From: an uncultured Eubacteriales bacterium
GTDB lineage: Bacteria; Bacillota; Clostridia; Monoglobales; Monoglobaceae
Length of the DNA stretch: 30,828 nucleotides
Reading direction: 5' to 3'
Assembly: GCA_900555375.1 (NCBI GenBank)
Contig: USLC01000001.1
Location: 1 to 30,828, forward strand
Below the pieces are notes generated by a model that was not told the DNA's origin, did no database searches, and worked only from the letters and a program-made list of their open reading frames with translations. Positions 1-9,892 of this stretch are shown piece by piece. Both the position numbers and the translations under genes were made by a program. Each line of letters begins with the position of its first letter. Position 1 is the first letter of the stretch.

Positions 1-14
1 TTTGGAGGTATAAC

Positions 15-959
15 GTGAACAGCACTCAATATGCCTTCGCGGTTGCAAATGTCCGCGCCGCGGAAAACGAACTCTTAAGCAGCGCATTTACGGAACAGCT
101 GATAGAGTCACGCGATTACGAAGAGGCTTGCCGGCTTCTTGCCGACAAAGGCTTTGACATATCAAATGGCCCTCTTGACGGTTATATGAACCGTGTTTGG
201 AATTATCTGAACGAAATTGCTCCCGATAAAGACGCGCTGAAGTTTTTGACGGTCAGAAATGACTTTCACAATTTAAAAGCAATATTAAAAGGAATGCTAG
301 CAAACACCGACGGCAGAGAATACTGTATAACTCCTTGCCTTATCCCCATAGATGAACTGTATTCCGCTCTCACCGAGAGAGCCTTCGACTCTCTGCCCGA
401 ATATATTTCCTCTGCGGCGGCAAAGGCTTATGAGATTATAACGTCCTCAGCCGACGGCAGGCTTACCGATTCATTTATTGATTCTTGTTCTTACAACGCA
501 ATGATGAAGCTTGCAAAAGGCAATGACTTTGCCGAAAATCTTGCAGACGAGATTGCCTCGCTTGCCAATATTAAAACCGCGGTCAGGGCAGCCAAAACAA
601 ACGCGGGTGAAACGGTTTTAAACCTTGCGTTTAACGAAAGCCGCGGCATAGACGGCGAGGGCTTAAAAAAAGCCGCGCTGCGCGGCTTTGAACAGGTTTC
701 CGCATATATCGAGGACAGCAAGTATTCGTTGCTTGCAGGCTTTCTTTCAAACTCGGCAAAACTTGAAAAGGAATGTGACAATCTTATAACCGAGGCTCTG
801 GCAGACTCTTCAAGAATCAGCTTCGGGATAGAGCCGCTTGCGGCATACTATTTTTCAAGTATGGCAGAGCTTAAAAATCTTCGGCTGATTTTACGTGCAA
901 AGCACGCCGGCCTCTCTGCCGAAATTATAAGAGAAAGGCTGCGTGAAATCTATGTATAA
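15..959 (+). CDS. ntpC: V/A-type ATP synthase subunit C
   Basis: GGAGG RBS at 4-8 and GTG at 15; N-terminal YAFAVANVRA.E.ELL, DFHNLK.ILK, C-terminal FGIEPL.AY...ELKNLRLI...IRERLREIYV; directly upstream of subunits F, A, B, D. Confidence 0.92.
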   Translation: MNSTQYAFAVANVRAAENELLSSAFTEQLIESRDYEEACRLLADKGFDISNGPLDGYMNRVWNYLNEIAPDKDALKFLTVRNDFHNLKAILKGMLANTDGREYCITPCLIPIDELYSALTERAFDSLPEYISSAAAKAYEIITSSADGRLTDSFIDSCSYNAMMKLAKGNDFAENLADEIASLANIKTAVRAAKTNAGETVLNLAFNESRGIDGEGLKKAALRGFEQVSAYIEDSKYSLLAGFLSNSAKLEKECDNLITEALADSSRISFGIEPLAAYYFSSMAELKNLRLILRAKHAGLSAEIIRERLREIYV

Positions 960-1263
960 AATTGCGGTTATGGGCGACAGAGAAAGTATATACGGATTTG
1001 CCGCACTCGGTATGACAACCTTTGTAAGCGATGATGCCGACAATGCTTCAAAGACGCTCGGCAAGCTTGCGCACAGCGGCTATGGGATAATATATATAAC
1101 AGAGGCTCTTGCAGAAAAAATACAGGACGAAATCGAGAAGTACCGCTTTGAAAGCACCCCTGCCATAATACTTATTCCCGGGGTATCGGGCAATACGGGG
1201 GCAGGAATGGCAGATGTAAACAAGTCGGTTGAAAAGGCGGTAGGCTCTAACATTCTGAAATAA
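952..1263 (+). CDS. ntpF: V/A-type ATP synthase subunit F
   Basis: MYKIAVMGDRESIYGFAALG...PAIILIPG...VEKAVGSNI; ATG at 952 overlaps the subunit C stop. Symbol follows subunit-F naming (ntpG in Enterococcus nomenclature). Confidence 0.92.
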   Translation: MYKIAVMGDRESIYGFAALGMTTFVSDDADNASKTLGKLAHSGYGIIYITEALAEKIQDEIEKYRFESTPAIILIPGVSGNTGAGMADVNKSVEKAVGSNILK

Positions 1264-1275
1264 AGGAGATTGATT

Positions 1276-3042
1276 ATGAGTAGTGGTACAATAGTTAAAG
1301 TCAGCGGACCCTTGGTTATAGCCAAGGATATGCGTGACGCAAATATGTTTGACGTTGTACGCGTCAGCAAAGAACGCCTGATAGGCGAAATAATAGAAAT
1401 GCACGGAGACAGGGCAAGCATTCAGGTATACGAAGAGACATCGGGTCTCGGCACGGGCGAGCCTGTAGAATCCACGGGTCAGCCTCTCAGCGTTGAGCTT
1501 GGTCCCGGACTTATAGGAAGTATATTTGACGGAATCCAAAGACCCCTTGACGACATTATGAAGATGTGCGGCAATAATCTGGGCAGAGGCGTTGAAGTCG
1601 CGTCTTTGAAGCGCGACAAAAAGTGGCACTTTACGCCTGCCGTTTCGGAAGGCGATGAGGTCGAAGCCGGGGATATAATAGGAACAGTCCGCGAGACCGA
1701 TATTGTTCTTCATAAAATAATGGTTCCTTACGGAGTTCACGGAATCGTGACCTCTGTTTCAGAGGGTGACTTTACCGTAGATGAGACCGTGTGCACCATA
1801 AACGCGGACGGAGGAAAGCGCTCTCTTACCCTTATGCAAAAGTGGCCTGTCCGCCGCGGCAGACCTTATGCCAAAAAACTTTCGCCCGACAAGCCTCTTA
1901 TAACGGGTCAGCGCGTAATAGATACGATGTTCCCCATTGCAAAGGGCGGTGTTGCCGCGATTCCAGGTCCCTTCGGAAGCGGAAAAACGGTTACCCAGCA
2001 CCAGCTTGCAAAATGGGCGGAAGCCGATATCGTTGTATATATCGGCTGCGGCGAGCGCGGAAACGAAATGACCGATGTACTGAATGAGTTCCCCGAGCTT
2101 ATCGACCCGCACACAGGCAAGTCGCTTATGGAGCGCACGGTGCTTATCGCAAATACGTCCGATATGCCCGTTGCTGCGCGCGAAGCCTCGATTTATACCG
2201 GAATAACAATAGCAGAATACTTCCGTGATATGGGCTACAGCGTTGCGCTTATGGCTGACTCGACATCGCGCTGGGCTGAGGCTCTCCGTGAAATGTCGGG
2301 ACGTCTTGAAGAGATGCCGGGCGAGGAAGGATATCCCGCATACCTCGGCAGCCGTCTTGCTCAGTTTTACGAAAGAGCGGGCAGAGTTATCTCCCTCGGC
2401 AGCGATGGCAGAGAAGGCGCGCTTTCAGCTATCGGCGCGGTAAGCCCCCCGGGCGGAGATATTTCAGAGCCGGTATCACAGGCGACACTTCGTATAGTTA
2501 AAGTCTTTTGGGGGCTTGACGCCTCTCTTGCATACAAGAGACACTTCCCCGCCATCAATTGGCTGACAAGTTATTCGCTTTATGTTGACCTGCTTACAAA
2601 CTGGTACAGCGAGAACGTTTCAGAGGACTGGATGACTCTTCGCGGAAGACTGATGAGCATTCTCCACGATGAATCAGAGCTTGAGGAAATAGTAAAGCTT
2701 GTCGGTATGGACGCACTTTCTCCGTCCGACCGTCTTAAGATGGAAACGGCGCGCTCAATCAGGGAAGACTTTCTGCATCAGCTTGCCTTCCACGAGGTTG
2801 ACACATATACAAGCCTTAAAAAACAGCTTTATATGATGAAGGCTATTCTTGCATACTTTGACTTATGCAGCGAAACCCTAAATCAAAACACCCCCATCGA
2901 TGTGCTTGTCTCCCTCCCCGTTCGCGAGAGAATCGGACGTTTTAAGTATGTAAAAGAAGAGGACATCGATACGGAATATGAAGAAATACTAAAGCAGCTT
3001 CATAAAGAGCTTAACGCTCAGCTTAAAAAGGAGGAATACTGA
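1276..3042 (+). CDS. ntpA: V/A-type ATP synthase catalytic subunit A
   Basis: AAGGAG RBS then ATG 1276; P-loop [35 protein letters not shown]; no intein. Confidence 0.98.
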   Translation: MSSGTIVKVSGPLVIAKDMRDANMFDVVRVSKERLIGEIIEMHGDRASIQVYEETSGLGTGEPVESTGQPLSVELGPGLIGSIFDGIQRPLDDIMKMCGNNLGRGVEVASLKRDKKWHFTPAVSEGDEVEAGDIIGTVRETDIVLHKIMVPYGVHGIVTSVSEGDFTVDETVCTINADGGKRSLTLMQKWPVRRGRPYAKKLSPDKPLITGQRVIDTMFPIAKGGVAAIPGPFGSGKTVTQHQLAKWAEADIVVYIGCGERGNEMTDVLNEFPELIDPHTGKSLMERTVLIANTSDMPVAAREASIYTGITIAEYFRDMGYSVALMADSTSRWAEALREMSGRLEEMPGEEGYPAYLGSRLAQFYERAGRVISLGSDGREGALSAIGAVSPPGGDISEPVSQATLRIVKVFWGLDASLAYKRHFPAINWLTSYSLYVDLLTNWYSENVSEDWMTLRGRLMSILHDESELEEIVKLVGMDALSPSDRLKMETARSIREDFLHQLAFHEVDTYTSLKKQLYMMKAILAYFDLCSETLNQNTPIDVLVSLPVRERIGRFKYVKEEDIDTEYEEILKQLHKELNAQLKKEEY

Positions 3043-4412
3043 TGCCTAAAGAATACAGAACCATTGAAGAGGTTGCCGGTCCTCTTATGCTGATTAAAGA
3101 TGTCAGCGGCGTGACCTATAACGAGCTTGGCGAAATCGAGCTTGGCAACGGCGACATAAAAAGATGCCGCGTTCTTGAAATCGACGGAAGTAACGCCCTT
3201 GTTCAGCTGTTTGAAGCATCAACGGGCATAAATCCCGCCGAAAGCAAAGTAAGATTTCTGGGCAGACAAATGGAGCTTGCCGTGTCAGAGGATATGCTTG
3301 GCAGAGTATTTGACGGCCTCGGCAACCCAATAGATGACGGCGGCGATATTATTCCCGAGATGCGCCTTGATGTAAACGGAAAGCCGATGAATCCCGCGGC
3401 ACGTAAATATCCGCAGGAATTTATTCAAACCGGAGTTTCGGCTATAGATGGTCTTAACACTCTTGTCCGCGGACAGAAGCTTCCCATATTCTCAGCAAGC
3501 GGTCTGCCGCACGCTCAGCTTGCCGCACAGATTACGCGTCAGGCTAAAGTACGCGGCAACGATGAAAAATTTGCCGTTGTGTTCGCCGCGATGGGAATAA
3601 CCTTTGAAGAATCAAATTTCTTTATCGACTCATTTCGCGAGACAGGAGCGCTTGACAGAACCGTTTTGTTTATAAACCTTGCAAACGACCCTGCAATCGA
3701 AAGAATTGCAACGCCCAAAATGGCTTTGACCGCCGCAGAGTACCTTGCATTTGAGAAGAATATGCACGTACTTGTTATCCTCACCGACATTACAAACTAC
3801 GCCGATGCCCTGCGCGAGGTTTCGGCGGCACGTAAAGAGGTTCCCGGCCGCCGCGGCTATCCGGGATATATGTACACAGACCTTGCGACAATATATGAAA
3901 GAGCAGGCAGACAAGATGGCAAGGACGGCTCAATCACTATGATTCCGATTCTGACAATGCCCGAGGATGACAAAACTCACCCTATCCCCGACCTTACCGG
4001 ATATATAACAGAGGGTCAGATTATTCTTTCAAGAGACCTCTACCGCAAGGGGATAACGCCGCCGATAGATGTTTTACCGTCGCTTTCGCGTCTTAAAGAT
4101 AAGGGTATAGGCGAGGGCAGAACAAGAGCCGACCACAGCGATACGATGAATCAGCTTTTCTCGGCTTATGCACGTGGTAAGGACGCAAAAGAGCTTATGT
4201 CCATCTTAGGCGAAGCGGCTCTCACGGATATTGATAAAAAATACGCTGAGTTCGCCGACGCCTTTGAGCGCGAATATGTTTCGCAGGGATATGACAGCGA
4301 CAGAAGTATAGAAGAAACACTTGAAATCGGCTGGAAGCTTCTCAGAATCTTACCGAGAAGCGAGCTGAAACGTATCAAGGATGAATTTCTTGATAAATAT
4401 TATGAAGAATAG
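3042..4412 (+). CDS. ntpB: V/A-type ATP synthase subunit B
   Basis: TGATG overlap with subunit [48 protein letters not shown]. Confidence 0.98.
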   Translation: MPKEYRTIEEVAGPLMLIKDVSGVTYNELGEIELGNGDIKRCRVLEIDGSNALVQLFEASTGINPAESKVRFLGRQMELAVSEDMLGRVFDGLGNPIDDGGDIIPEMRLDVNGKPMNPAARKYPQEFIQTGVSAIDGLNTLVRGQKLPIFSASGLPHAQLAAQITRQAKVRGNDEKFAVVFAAMGITFEESNFFIDSFRETGALDRTVLFINLANDPAIERIATPKMALTAAEYLAFEKNMHVLVILTDITNYADALREVSAARKEVPGRRGYPGYMYTDLATIYERAGRQDGKDGSITMIPILTMPEDDKTHPIPDLTGYITEGQIILSRDLYRKGITPPIDVLPSLSRLKDKGIGEGRTRADHSDTMNQLFSAYARGKDAKELMSILGEAALTDIDKKYAEFADAFEREYVSQGYDSDRSIEETLEIGWKLLRILPRSELKRIKDEFLDKYYEE

Positions 4413-4423
4413 GTTGTGATTTT

Positions 4424-5083
4424 GTGGCGAGATTAAACGTAAATCCTACAAGAATGGAGCTTACCAATTTAAAGCACAAGCTGACAACAGCGCGCCGCGG
4501 TCACAAGCTTTTAAAAGACAAGCGCGATGAACTTATGCGGCAGTTTCTTGACCTGATTCGTGAAAATCAATTGCTCCGCAAGGATGTTGAATCTGCAATA
4601 GGAAGCGCGAATATGCAAATGGCGGTTGCGGGCTGCTCTGCCTCAAAAGAGGTTATCGATACCGCTCTTATGCTACCCAAGCAGGAGATGCTGCTCAGCA
4701 TAGAAGAAAAAAATGTAATGAGCGTTATGATTCCAAAGTACAGCGTGGAATATAAGCTAAGCGACCCAAACAGCATTTATTCATACGGGTTTGCAGACAC
4801 CCCGGGCGATATGGACAGCGCGATTTTATCGCTGTCTGAAATCCTTCCTAAGCTTATCAGGCTTGCCGAAGTGGAGAAATCTTGTCAGCTTATGGCGGCG
4901 GAAATCGAAAAAACACGTCGCCGCGTTAACGCACTTGAATATATTATGATCCCCGGCTATGAGGAAACTATAAGATATATCACAATGAAGCTTGACGAAA
5001 ACGAGCGAAGCACCATAACCAGACTTATGAAGGTTAAGGATATGATGATAAAAGAAAATATAGAGGAAAAACAAAGCAAATAA
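4424..5083 (+). CDS. ntpD: V/A-type ATP synthase subunit D
   Basis: NPTRMEL...RGHKLLKDKRDELM and EIEKTRRRVNALE motifs. Confidence 0.97.
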   Translation: MARLNVNPTRMELTNLKHKLTTARRGHKLLKDKRDELMRQFLDLIRENQLLRKDVESAIGSANMQMAVAGCSASKEVIDTALMLPKQEMLLSIEEKNVMSVMIPKYSVEYKLSDPNSIYSYGFADTPGDMDSAILSLSEILPKLIRLAEVEKSCQLMAAEIEKTRRRVNALEYIMIPGYEETIRYITMKLDENERSTITRLMKVKDMMIKENIEEKQSK

Positions 5084-5115
5084 AAAAGAGGGGAATTTAA
5101 ATCCCCTCTTTTTTT
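5082..5115. terminator. Bidirectional Rho-independent terminator between convergent ntpD and secF
   Basis: AAAAAAGAGGGGA-atttaaa-TCCCCTCTTTTTT; A-tract and T-tract flank the stem. Confidence 0.9.
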
Positions 5116-5120
5116 ATTAT

Positions 5121-6035
5121 TTACGCTCTTTTCTTTGCCTTTACAGCAGAATCTCTCCAGGTTGCCCAGAGCGGACCTGCAACAAATACAGATGAATAGA
5201 AGCCTATTACTATACCGATTATAATCGGAAGAGCAAATACCTGAATCGACTTAACACCAAGGATATAAACCATACCGATTGTAAGCAAGGTTGTAATTGT
5301 GGTATTTAACGAACGATTCATTGTCTGCAGAATACTCTTGTCCGCAATTTCGGAATACGATTCTTTTCTTGCGTGTCTTGTATTCTCTCTGATTCTGTCC
5401 ATAATTACGATTGTGTTATTGATAGAGTAACCCAAAACGGTCAGTATTGCCGCAATGAAGTTGGTATCAACAGACCACTGCATAATCGAGTAAAGACCAA
5501 GCAGAAGCAGAACATCGTGAACAAGTGCAACGATAGCAACAACACCCGATACAAACTCAAAACGAAGAGTTACATAGAATAAGATTGCTATGCACGCAAG
5601 GATAGACATCCACAAAGCCGAACGCGCAAGATCCTGACCGGTTGAAGGAGAAATTATATCCTGATTCTTCAGAATAACCTCTGCATCATATTTTGCTTTA
5701 AGTGCATCGGTAATCTTTGTAACTCTGTCAAGCGAGAATGCCGAGCGGTCAGCCTCTGTCTTAAGGTCGTTTTCGTAACCGAACTTAACAACTACCTCAT
5801 CATTGTTTGAACGCTGAATCGATGAGGGACTCTGGTGCGAACCGAGAGCCTCGTCAACAACCTTTTGAACATCTTCCGTATTAAAATCGGATTTAATTTC
5901 ATAAGTTACCGCGATACCGCCCGCAAAGTCGGTATCAAGGTTAAATCCGCGGACAATAAGCGATATTGCCGCTACAATCATCAGAGCAAAAGAAATGCCC
6001 ATAAAAATCCATTTATGCTTTAAAATACTGAACAT
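5121..6035 (-). CDS. secF: Protein translocase subunit SecF
   Basis: GFNLDTDFAGG, LRFE...ALVHD, AAILTVLGYSINNTIVIMDRIREN, RSLNTTITT; start overlaps the secD stop. Confidence 0.96.
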   Translation of the reverse strand: MFSILKHKWIFMGISFALMIVAAISLIVRGFNLDTDFAGGIAVTYEIKSDFNTEDVQKVVDEALGSHQSPSSIQRSNNDEVVVKFGYENDLKTEADRSAFSLDRVTKITDALKAKYDAEVILKNQDIISPSTGQDLARSALWMSILACIAILFYVTLRFEFVSGVVAIVALVHDVLLLLGLYSIMQWSVDTNFIAAILTVLGYSINNTIVIMDRIRENTRHARKESYSEIADKSILQTMNRSLNTTITTLLTIGMVYILGVKSIQVFALPIIIGIVIGFYSSVFVAGPLWATWRDSAVKAKKRA

Positions 6036-7363
6036 TACGCTTTGCCCCCTTTCACTTCTTCAACCTGTGACTTCTTGCTTATTCCGTAAAGCCAAAGGTT
6101 TTTAACATTCATACCAATCATCTGCTTAAGCAGGAACTTGGTAACAAATATAGCTGAAACCATCGAAACAACAATACCTATAAAGAGAGTGATACCAAAT
6201 CCCTTAATGGTACCCGTTCCGAGAATCCAAAGGATAACAGCCGATATAATAGTCGTAACGTTTGAGTCTATAACAGCCGAAAGAGCACGGTCAAATCCCG
6301 CGTCTACCGCACTGCGGACGGTCTTTCCGAGGCGAAGCTCTTCCTTGACGCGCTCGAATATAACAACGTTTGCGTCAACCGCCATACCTACCGACAAGAT
6401 TATACCCGCTATACCCGGAAGCGTGAGGTTTACGTGGCAGTTAGCCAGAATAATCAACACTATACTAATGTATGCAACAAGCGCGATGTCAGCCATAAAA
6501 CCGAGAAGACGATAGCAGAGAAGCATAAACAGCATTACAAGAATCAAGCCTATAACGCCCGCCTTAACCGCGTTTTGCAAAGCCTCTTCACCGAGAGTTG
6601 CGCTGACCGTACGAACCTCAACCTGATTAAGGTTAAAGGGGATTCGTCCCGACTTAATATTTGCCGCAAGAGCCTTTGCTTCGTCTGCGGTAAATTCACC
6701 CGTAATCTCACAGGTGTTGCTGTCAATCTTTGAGTTAACACGCGGAGCCGATATTACGCTGTTATCCATAACGATGTATATAGGCTGTCCCACCAATCTG
6801 CCCGTAGCATCGGCAAAAGCCTGGCGGCCTTCATCCGTAAGGGTAAGAGCAATGCGATAAGAATTTTTGCTCATCGACTTACCATCCGACGAACCGTATT
6901 CTACGGTCGCGTCTTTAACCTGATCACCGGTCATAACCTGCTTGTCAACAGTAACTTTATTTGCATCTGACGGATCCTGCGTTACCGTTTCTGCAAATAC
7001 CAGCTGTGCTGTTGCACCGAGAGTTTCTACCGCTTTGTTTGCGTCCTGTACATCCGGAAGCTCAACACGGATTTTGTCGCTTCCCTGACGGGTAACGGTT
7101 GCCTCTGTGTAGTTCTGCAAATCGAGACGCTTTCTGATTGTTTGAATTACAGTAGACATATCATCGTCCGAAGGATCGTCCGCATCTGCCTCAAATACGA
7201 TAACGGTGCCGCCCTTAAGGTCAAGACCCTGTGTTATTCCGCCCTCGTCGGTAACACCGGGGATTTTAACTTTGTCAGAAAAATCAAGACCTGCAATGCC
7301 TACATAAGTAATTGCGGCAATAACAAGAATTATTGCCATAAATTTAACTATACTTCTTGACAC
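6035..7363 (-). CDS. secD: Protein translocase subunit SecD
   Basis: AAGGAGG RBS and GTG start; GLDLKGG, IRVELP, ISAPRVNSKI, LTLPGIAGIILSVGMAVDANVVIFERVKEE, DSNVTT. Confidence 0.97.
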   Translation of the reverse strand: MSRSIVKFMAIILVIAAITYVGIAGLDFSDKVKIPGVTDEGGITQGLDLKGGTVIVFEADADDPSDDDMSTVIQTIRKRLDLQNYTEATVTRQGSDKIRVELPDVQDANKAVETLGATAQLVFAETVTQDPSDANKVTVDKQVMTGDQVKDATVEYGSSDGKSMSKNSYRIALTLTDEGRQAFADATGRLVGQPIYIVMDNSVISAPRVNSKIDSNTCEITGEFTADEAKALAANIKSGRIPFNLNQVEVRTVSATLGEEALQNAVKAGVIGLILVMLFMLLCYRLLGFMADIALVAYISIVLIILANCHVNLTLPGIAGIILSVGMAVDANVVIFERVKEELRLGKTVRSAVDAGFDRALSAVIDSNVTTIISAVILWILGTGTIKGFGITLFIGIVVSMVSAIFVTKFLLKQMIGMNVKNLWLYGISKKSQVEEVKGGKA

Positions 7364-7430
7364 TTTTTTTCCTCCTTAAGTGTTATATAAATTTTAATTA
7401 TTTTCTGTTTTGATGGTGACTGTTCCGTGT

Positions 7431-7793
7431 TCAGCACAGCATAACCACTTTTAAATATGCCGCGTCTGCCCTCAATGTATCGGAAACACCGTCCGCAAAC
7501 ACATCCACCGTCTCATCGTAATTACTGTTATTCGGGCAAAAACTGTGTATAAAATCTGCCTTCTGCCAGCGAACCGACGGCGCACTTGAATTTACATACG
7601 CAGCGTTATCAGAGCCTTGCTGCATATCGGGCGGAACGTTCATCGTGACACTTTGCGCACAGGCACAGTCTGCCTTACCGTTTTTATCCGCATCACTGTT
7701 GTCCGCCGCCCAAGAGACGGGCACGGCAATCGCCGACAGCCACACAAACGCCGCCGTAAGAACAGAAAAGAATCTTATCCTCTTCTTTTGCAT
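7431..7793 (-). CDS. Small secreted protein (~120 aa) upstream of secD; candidate regulatory leader/arrest peptide
   Basis: AAGGGGGG RBS at 7806-7813; start either TTG 7799 or ATG 7793; Sec-type signal peptide MQKKRIRFFSVLTAAFVWLSAIAVPVSWA/ADNS; lies between a consensus promoter and secD. Confidence 0.7.
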   Translation of the reverse strand: MQKKRIRFFSVLTAAFVWLSAIAVPVSWAADNSDADKNGKADCACAQSVTMNVPPDMQQGSDNAAYVNSSAPSVRWQKADFIHSFCPNNSNYDETVDVFADGVSDTLRADAAYLKVVMLC

Positions 7794-7848
7794 ACTCAAG
7801 AACATCCCCCCCTTATTATATTTATCCTCATCGGGACACACATCTAAT

Positions 7849-7877
7849 ATTATACCCGTATTACGGCATTAAGTCAA
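7849..7877 (-). promoter_or_regulatory. Sigma-A promoter for leader ORF-secD-secF
   Basis: Minus strand TTGACT (7877-7872), 17 nt, TATAAT (7854-7849). Confidence 0.85.
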
Positions 7878-7919
7878 GCTTTTGGTTAAATATATGTTTA
7901 CACAAATTTTACATTTGTA

Positions 7920-8525
7920 TTACACAAGATAATCAACCGCGTCACTTAAGTCAGCAAACAGAGCCCCCAAAAATTCATCCGAGTTTCCGCCGAGCGTCCA
8001 GCTTCCCGATACCCCTTTTATCATAGTAACAGTCAGCGTCTTGGTTGTTTTTGTATCCATATTCTCGGTTATACACTCATTCATAAGCTTAGTCATTCTT
8101 TCGCTGTATTCTTCTTCCGTCATCGCGCCTATATTCTTCTGATAATCCTCGCTGTTTACCATATTCATAACCTTTTTAATGTACTCATTCACTATTTCGG
8201 AAAAATCTACGGTTGTAAGCTCAACGCTGATATTTACAGCGCTGTCGCTTACCTTCTCCGTTGAATTAATCCTGTAATCCATTTTGGAAAGCGTTGAAAT
8301 AACGGTATCACGGAACTTTTCACCGTCGGCTTTATCCACATACGCCGTCACGCGGTCAAAGCTGTAATACTCGTCTATCTTGTCTCTGTCGCACGATTTT
8401 AACGCGTTCAGCGTATCTTCAAGACCCGCGCGCGCCTCACTTTCCGTCCCCGAGCATCCCGCCGCAAGTACCGCGCAGATAATAACCATTATAACGGTCA
8501 ATATTTTTTTACACTTGTTTTGCAT
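7920..8525 (-). CDS. Putative lipoprotein of unknown function
   Basis: AAAGGAG RBS then ATG 8525; basic N-terminus, hydrophobic stretch and lipobox LAAG/C; alpha+beta body typical of uncharacterised clostridial lipoproteins. Confidence 0.8.
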   Translation of the reverse strand: MQNKCKKILTVIMVIICAVLAAGCSGTESEARAGLEDTLNALKSCDRDKIDEYYSFDRVTAYVDKADGEKFRDTVISTLSKMDYRINSTEKVSDSAVNISVELTTVDFSEIVNEYIKKVMNMVNSEDYQKNIGAMTEEEYSERMTKLMNECITENMDTKTTKTLTVTMIKGVSGSWTLGGNSDEFLGALFADLSDAVDYLV

Positions 8526-9174
8526 TACTCTCACTCCTTTGGTCGGCCGCCCTGTCATCACAAAGCATCACTATCACCCGTCCGCTTTTAAAACTGATTA
8601 ATGCCGCATCGCATTTATCAAACTCGTTGCTTGACGCTCTTACCTCATCGCACGCAAGACGCATCTTTTCAGCCTCATACTTAAGCCCCCGAACGGTAAA
8701 TTCTTCAACATCTCCCCCGAACGGGAAAAACGAAACATATTTTCTGCTGCCGCGAAACAATTCAAACGGCTTGTCCTCCATCCAGATTTCATTATACCTG
8801 TCCAGAATTTTAATTTTAACTCCGCGCTTTAATCCATACGCAAGCAAGCAGAAATGTGAAAACTCGTGGTCTCTTCTCCCGCCGAGAGCACCGATTAACA
8901 TAATCTCTTTAAATCCGCGCTCTATCGCCTCGTCAATGCATATGTTTGTATCAGTATAATTTTTTTCGGGCGGGCTGACCATAGACTCAATCTCCGCGGG
9001 ATATTGCTCCGTCCACGAATCATTGTCCCCCACAATCAAATCCGGTCTTATATTCAATTTTTTGCAATGCTTCAGTCCGCCGTCCGCACAAATTATATAA
9101 GCTCCGTCAAAATCCGACTGTTTGTAAAATTCATAGTCGCCGACGTCTCCGCCGCAAATAATTATTGCCTTCAT
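8509..9174 (-). CDS. thiN: Thiamine pyrophosphokinase
   Basis: AAGGTGA RBS then ATG 9174; IICADGG, PDLIVGDNDS, EKNYTDT, GALGGRRDH, GLKYE, SSNE; follows rpe. Confidence 0.93.
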   Translation of the reverse strand: MKAIIICGGDVGDYEFYKQSDFDGAYIICADGGLKHCKKLNIRPDLIVGDNDSWTEQYPAEIESMVSPPEKNYTDTNICIDEAIERGFKEIMLIGALGGRRDHEFSHFCLLAYGLKRGVKIKILDRYNEIWMEDKPFELFRGSRKYVSFFPFGGDVEEFTVRGLKYEAEKMRLACDEVRASSNEFDKCDAALISFKSGRVIVMLCDDRAADQRSESNAKQV

Positions 9175-9198
9175 TATATACTTCACCTTAATTATTTG

Positions 9199-9879
9199 TT
9201 ATTTTAGTGCCTCTTCAGCCACTCTGCGGATTTCGGCAACCGCCGCCGCAGCGTCCTCCGCACCGAAGACCGCCGACCCTGCAACCAATATATTTGCACC
9301 GCTTGCCGCCGCCGACGCAGCTGTTTTTACGCCTACGCCTCCGTCTACCTCGATATCAAGATGGGTATATTTTGTTTCCGCCATTTTTGCCGCCCACCTG
9401 ATTTTTTCTTCCATATCACGCATATATGACTGTCCGCCGAAGCCCGGCTCGACCGTCATAATCAAAATCATATCAAAAATATCCAAAAGCCCCTCTACAG
9501 ACTCAACGGGGGTTTTGGGTTTAACCGATATTCCTGCCTTTATGCCGCGGCTGTGCAGATGCTCTGCAATTTTTCTCAAGTCCGCATCGTTCGCCGTCTC
9601 TTTATGTACGGTTATAATGTCCGCTCCCGCATCCGCAAAGGAATCCATATACTTTTCGGGGTTTGTTATCATCAGATGCACGTCAAAAAACATTTTGCTC
9701 AAAGGGCGAAGAGCCGCGGTTGTATGCGCCGAAAAACTGAGATTCGGCACAAAATGACCGTCCATAACGTCAATATGCAGCCACTCGGTCCCTGCCGTCT
9801 CTACCTTATTTACTTCTTCCGAAAGCCTTGCGGCGTCTGCCGCAAGCAGCGACGGCGCAATTTTTATCTGTCTGTTCAA
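9199..9879 (-). CDS. rpe: Ribulose-phosphate 3-epimerase
   Basis: IAPSLLAAD, LHIDVMDGHFVPN, DVHLMI, MTVEPGFGGQ, IEVDGG. Confidence 0.98.
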   Translation of the reverse strand: MNRQIKIAPSLLAADAARLSEEVNKVETAGTEWLHIDVMDGHFVPNLSFSAHTTAALRPLSKMFFDVHLMITNPEKYMDSFADAGADIITVHKETANDADLRKIAEHLHSRGIKAGISVKPKTPVESVEGLLDIFDMILIMTVEPGFGGQSYMRDMEEKIRWAAKMAETKYTHLDIEVDGGVGVKTAASAAASGANILVAGSAVFGAEDAAAAVAEIRRVAEEALK

Positions 9880-9892
9880 TTTTAAAACCCCT

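Noticed and set aside
1048..1740. 230 aa antisense ORF over subunits F/A, and the many other shadow ORFs in the track
   Set aside because: They lie inside or opposite well-conserved genes, with no RBS or recognisable motifs.
7431..7793. Possibility that the Cys-containing ORF before secD is the SCIFF/ranthipeptide precursor often found near secD in Clostridia
   Set aside because: It is ~120 aa with a signal peptide, lacks the six-Cys C..CQ.SCQSACKTSC pattern, and has no adjacent radical SAM maturase.
7794..7841. Upstream start (MCPDEDK...) given by the ORF track for the leader ORF
   Set aside because: It falls at the predicted transcription start with no RBS; the RBS at 7806-7813 points to 7799 or 7793.
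8509..8555. ThiN C-terminal extension overlapping the lipoprotein start by 17 nt
   Set aside because: Ordinary short operon overlap with no frameshift signal.
8555..8612. ThiN DAA...VIVMLC resembles the leader ORF end DAAYLKVVMLC
   Set aside because: Only a few residues match, with no extended DNA or protein similarity; treated as coincidence.
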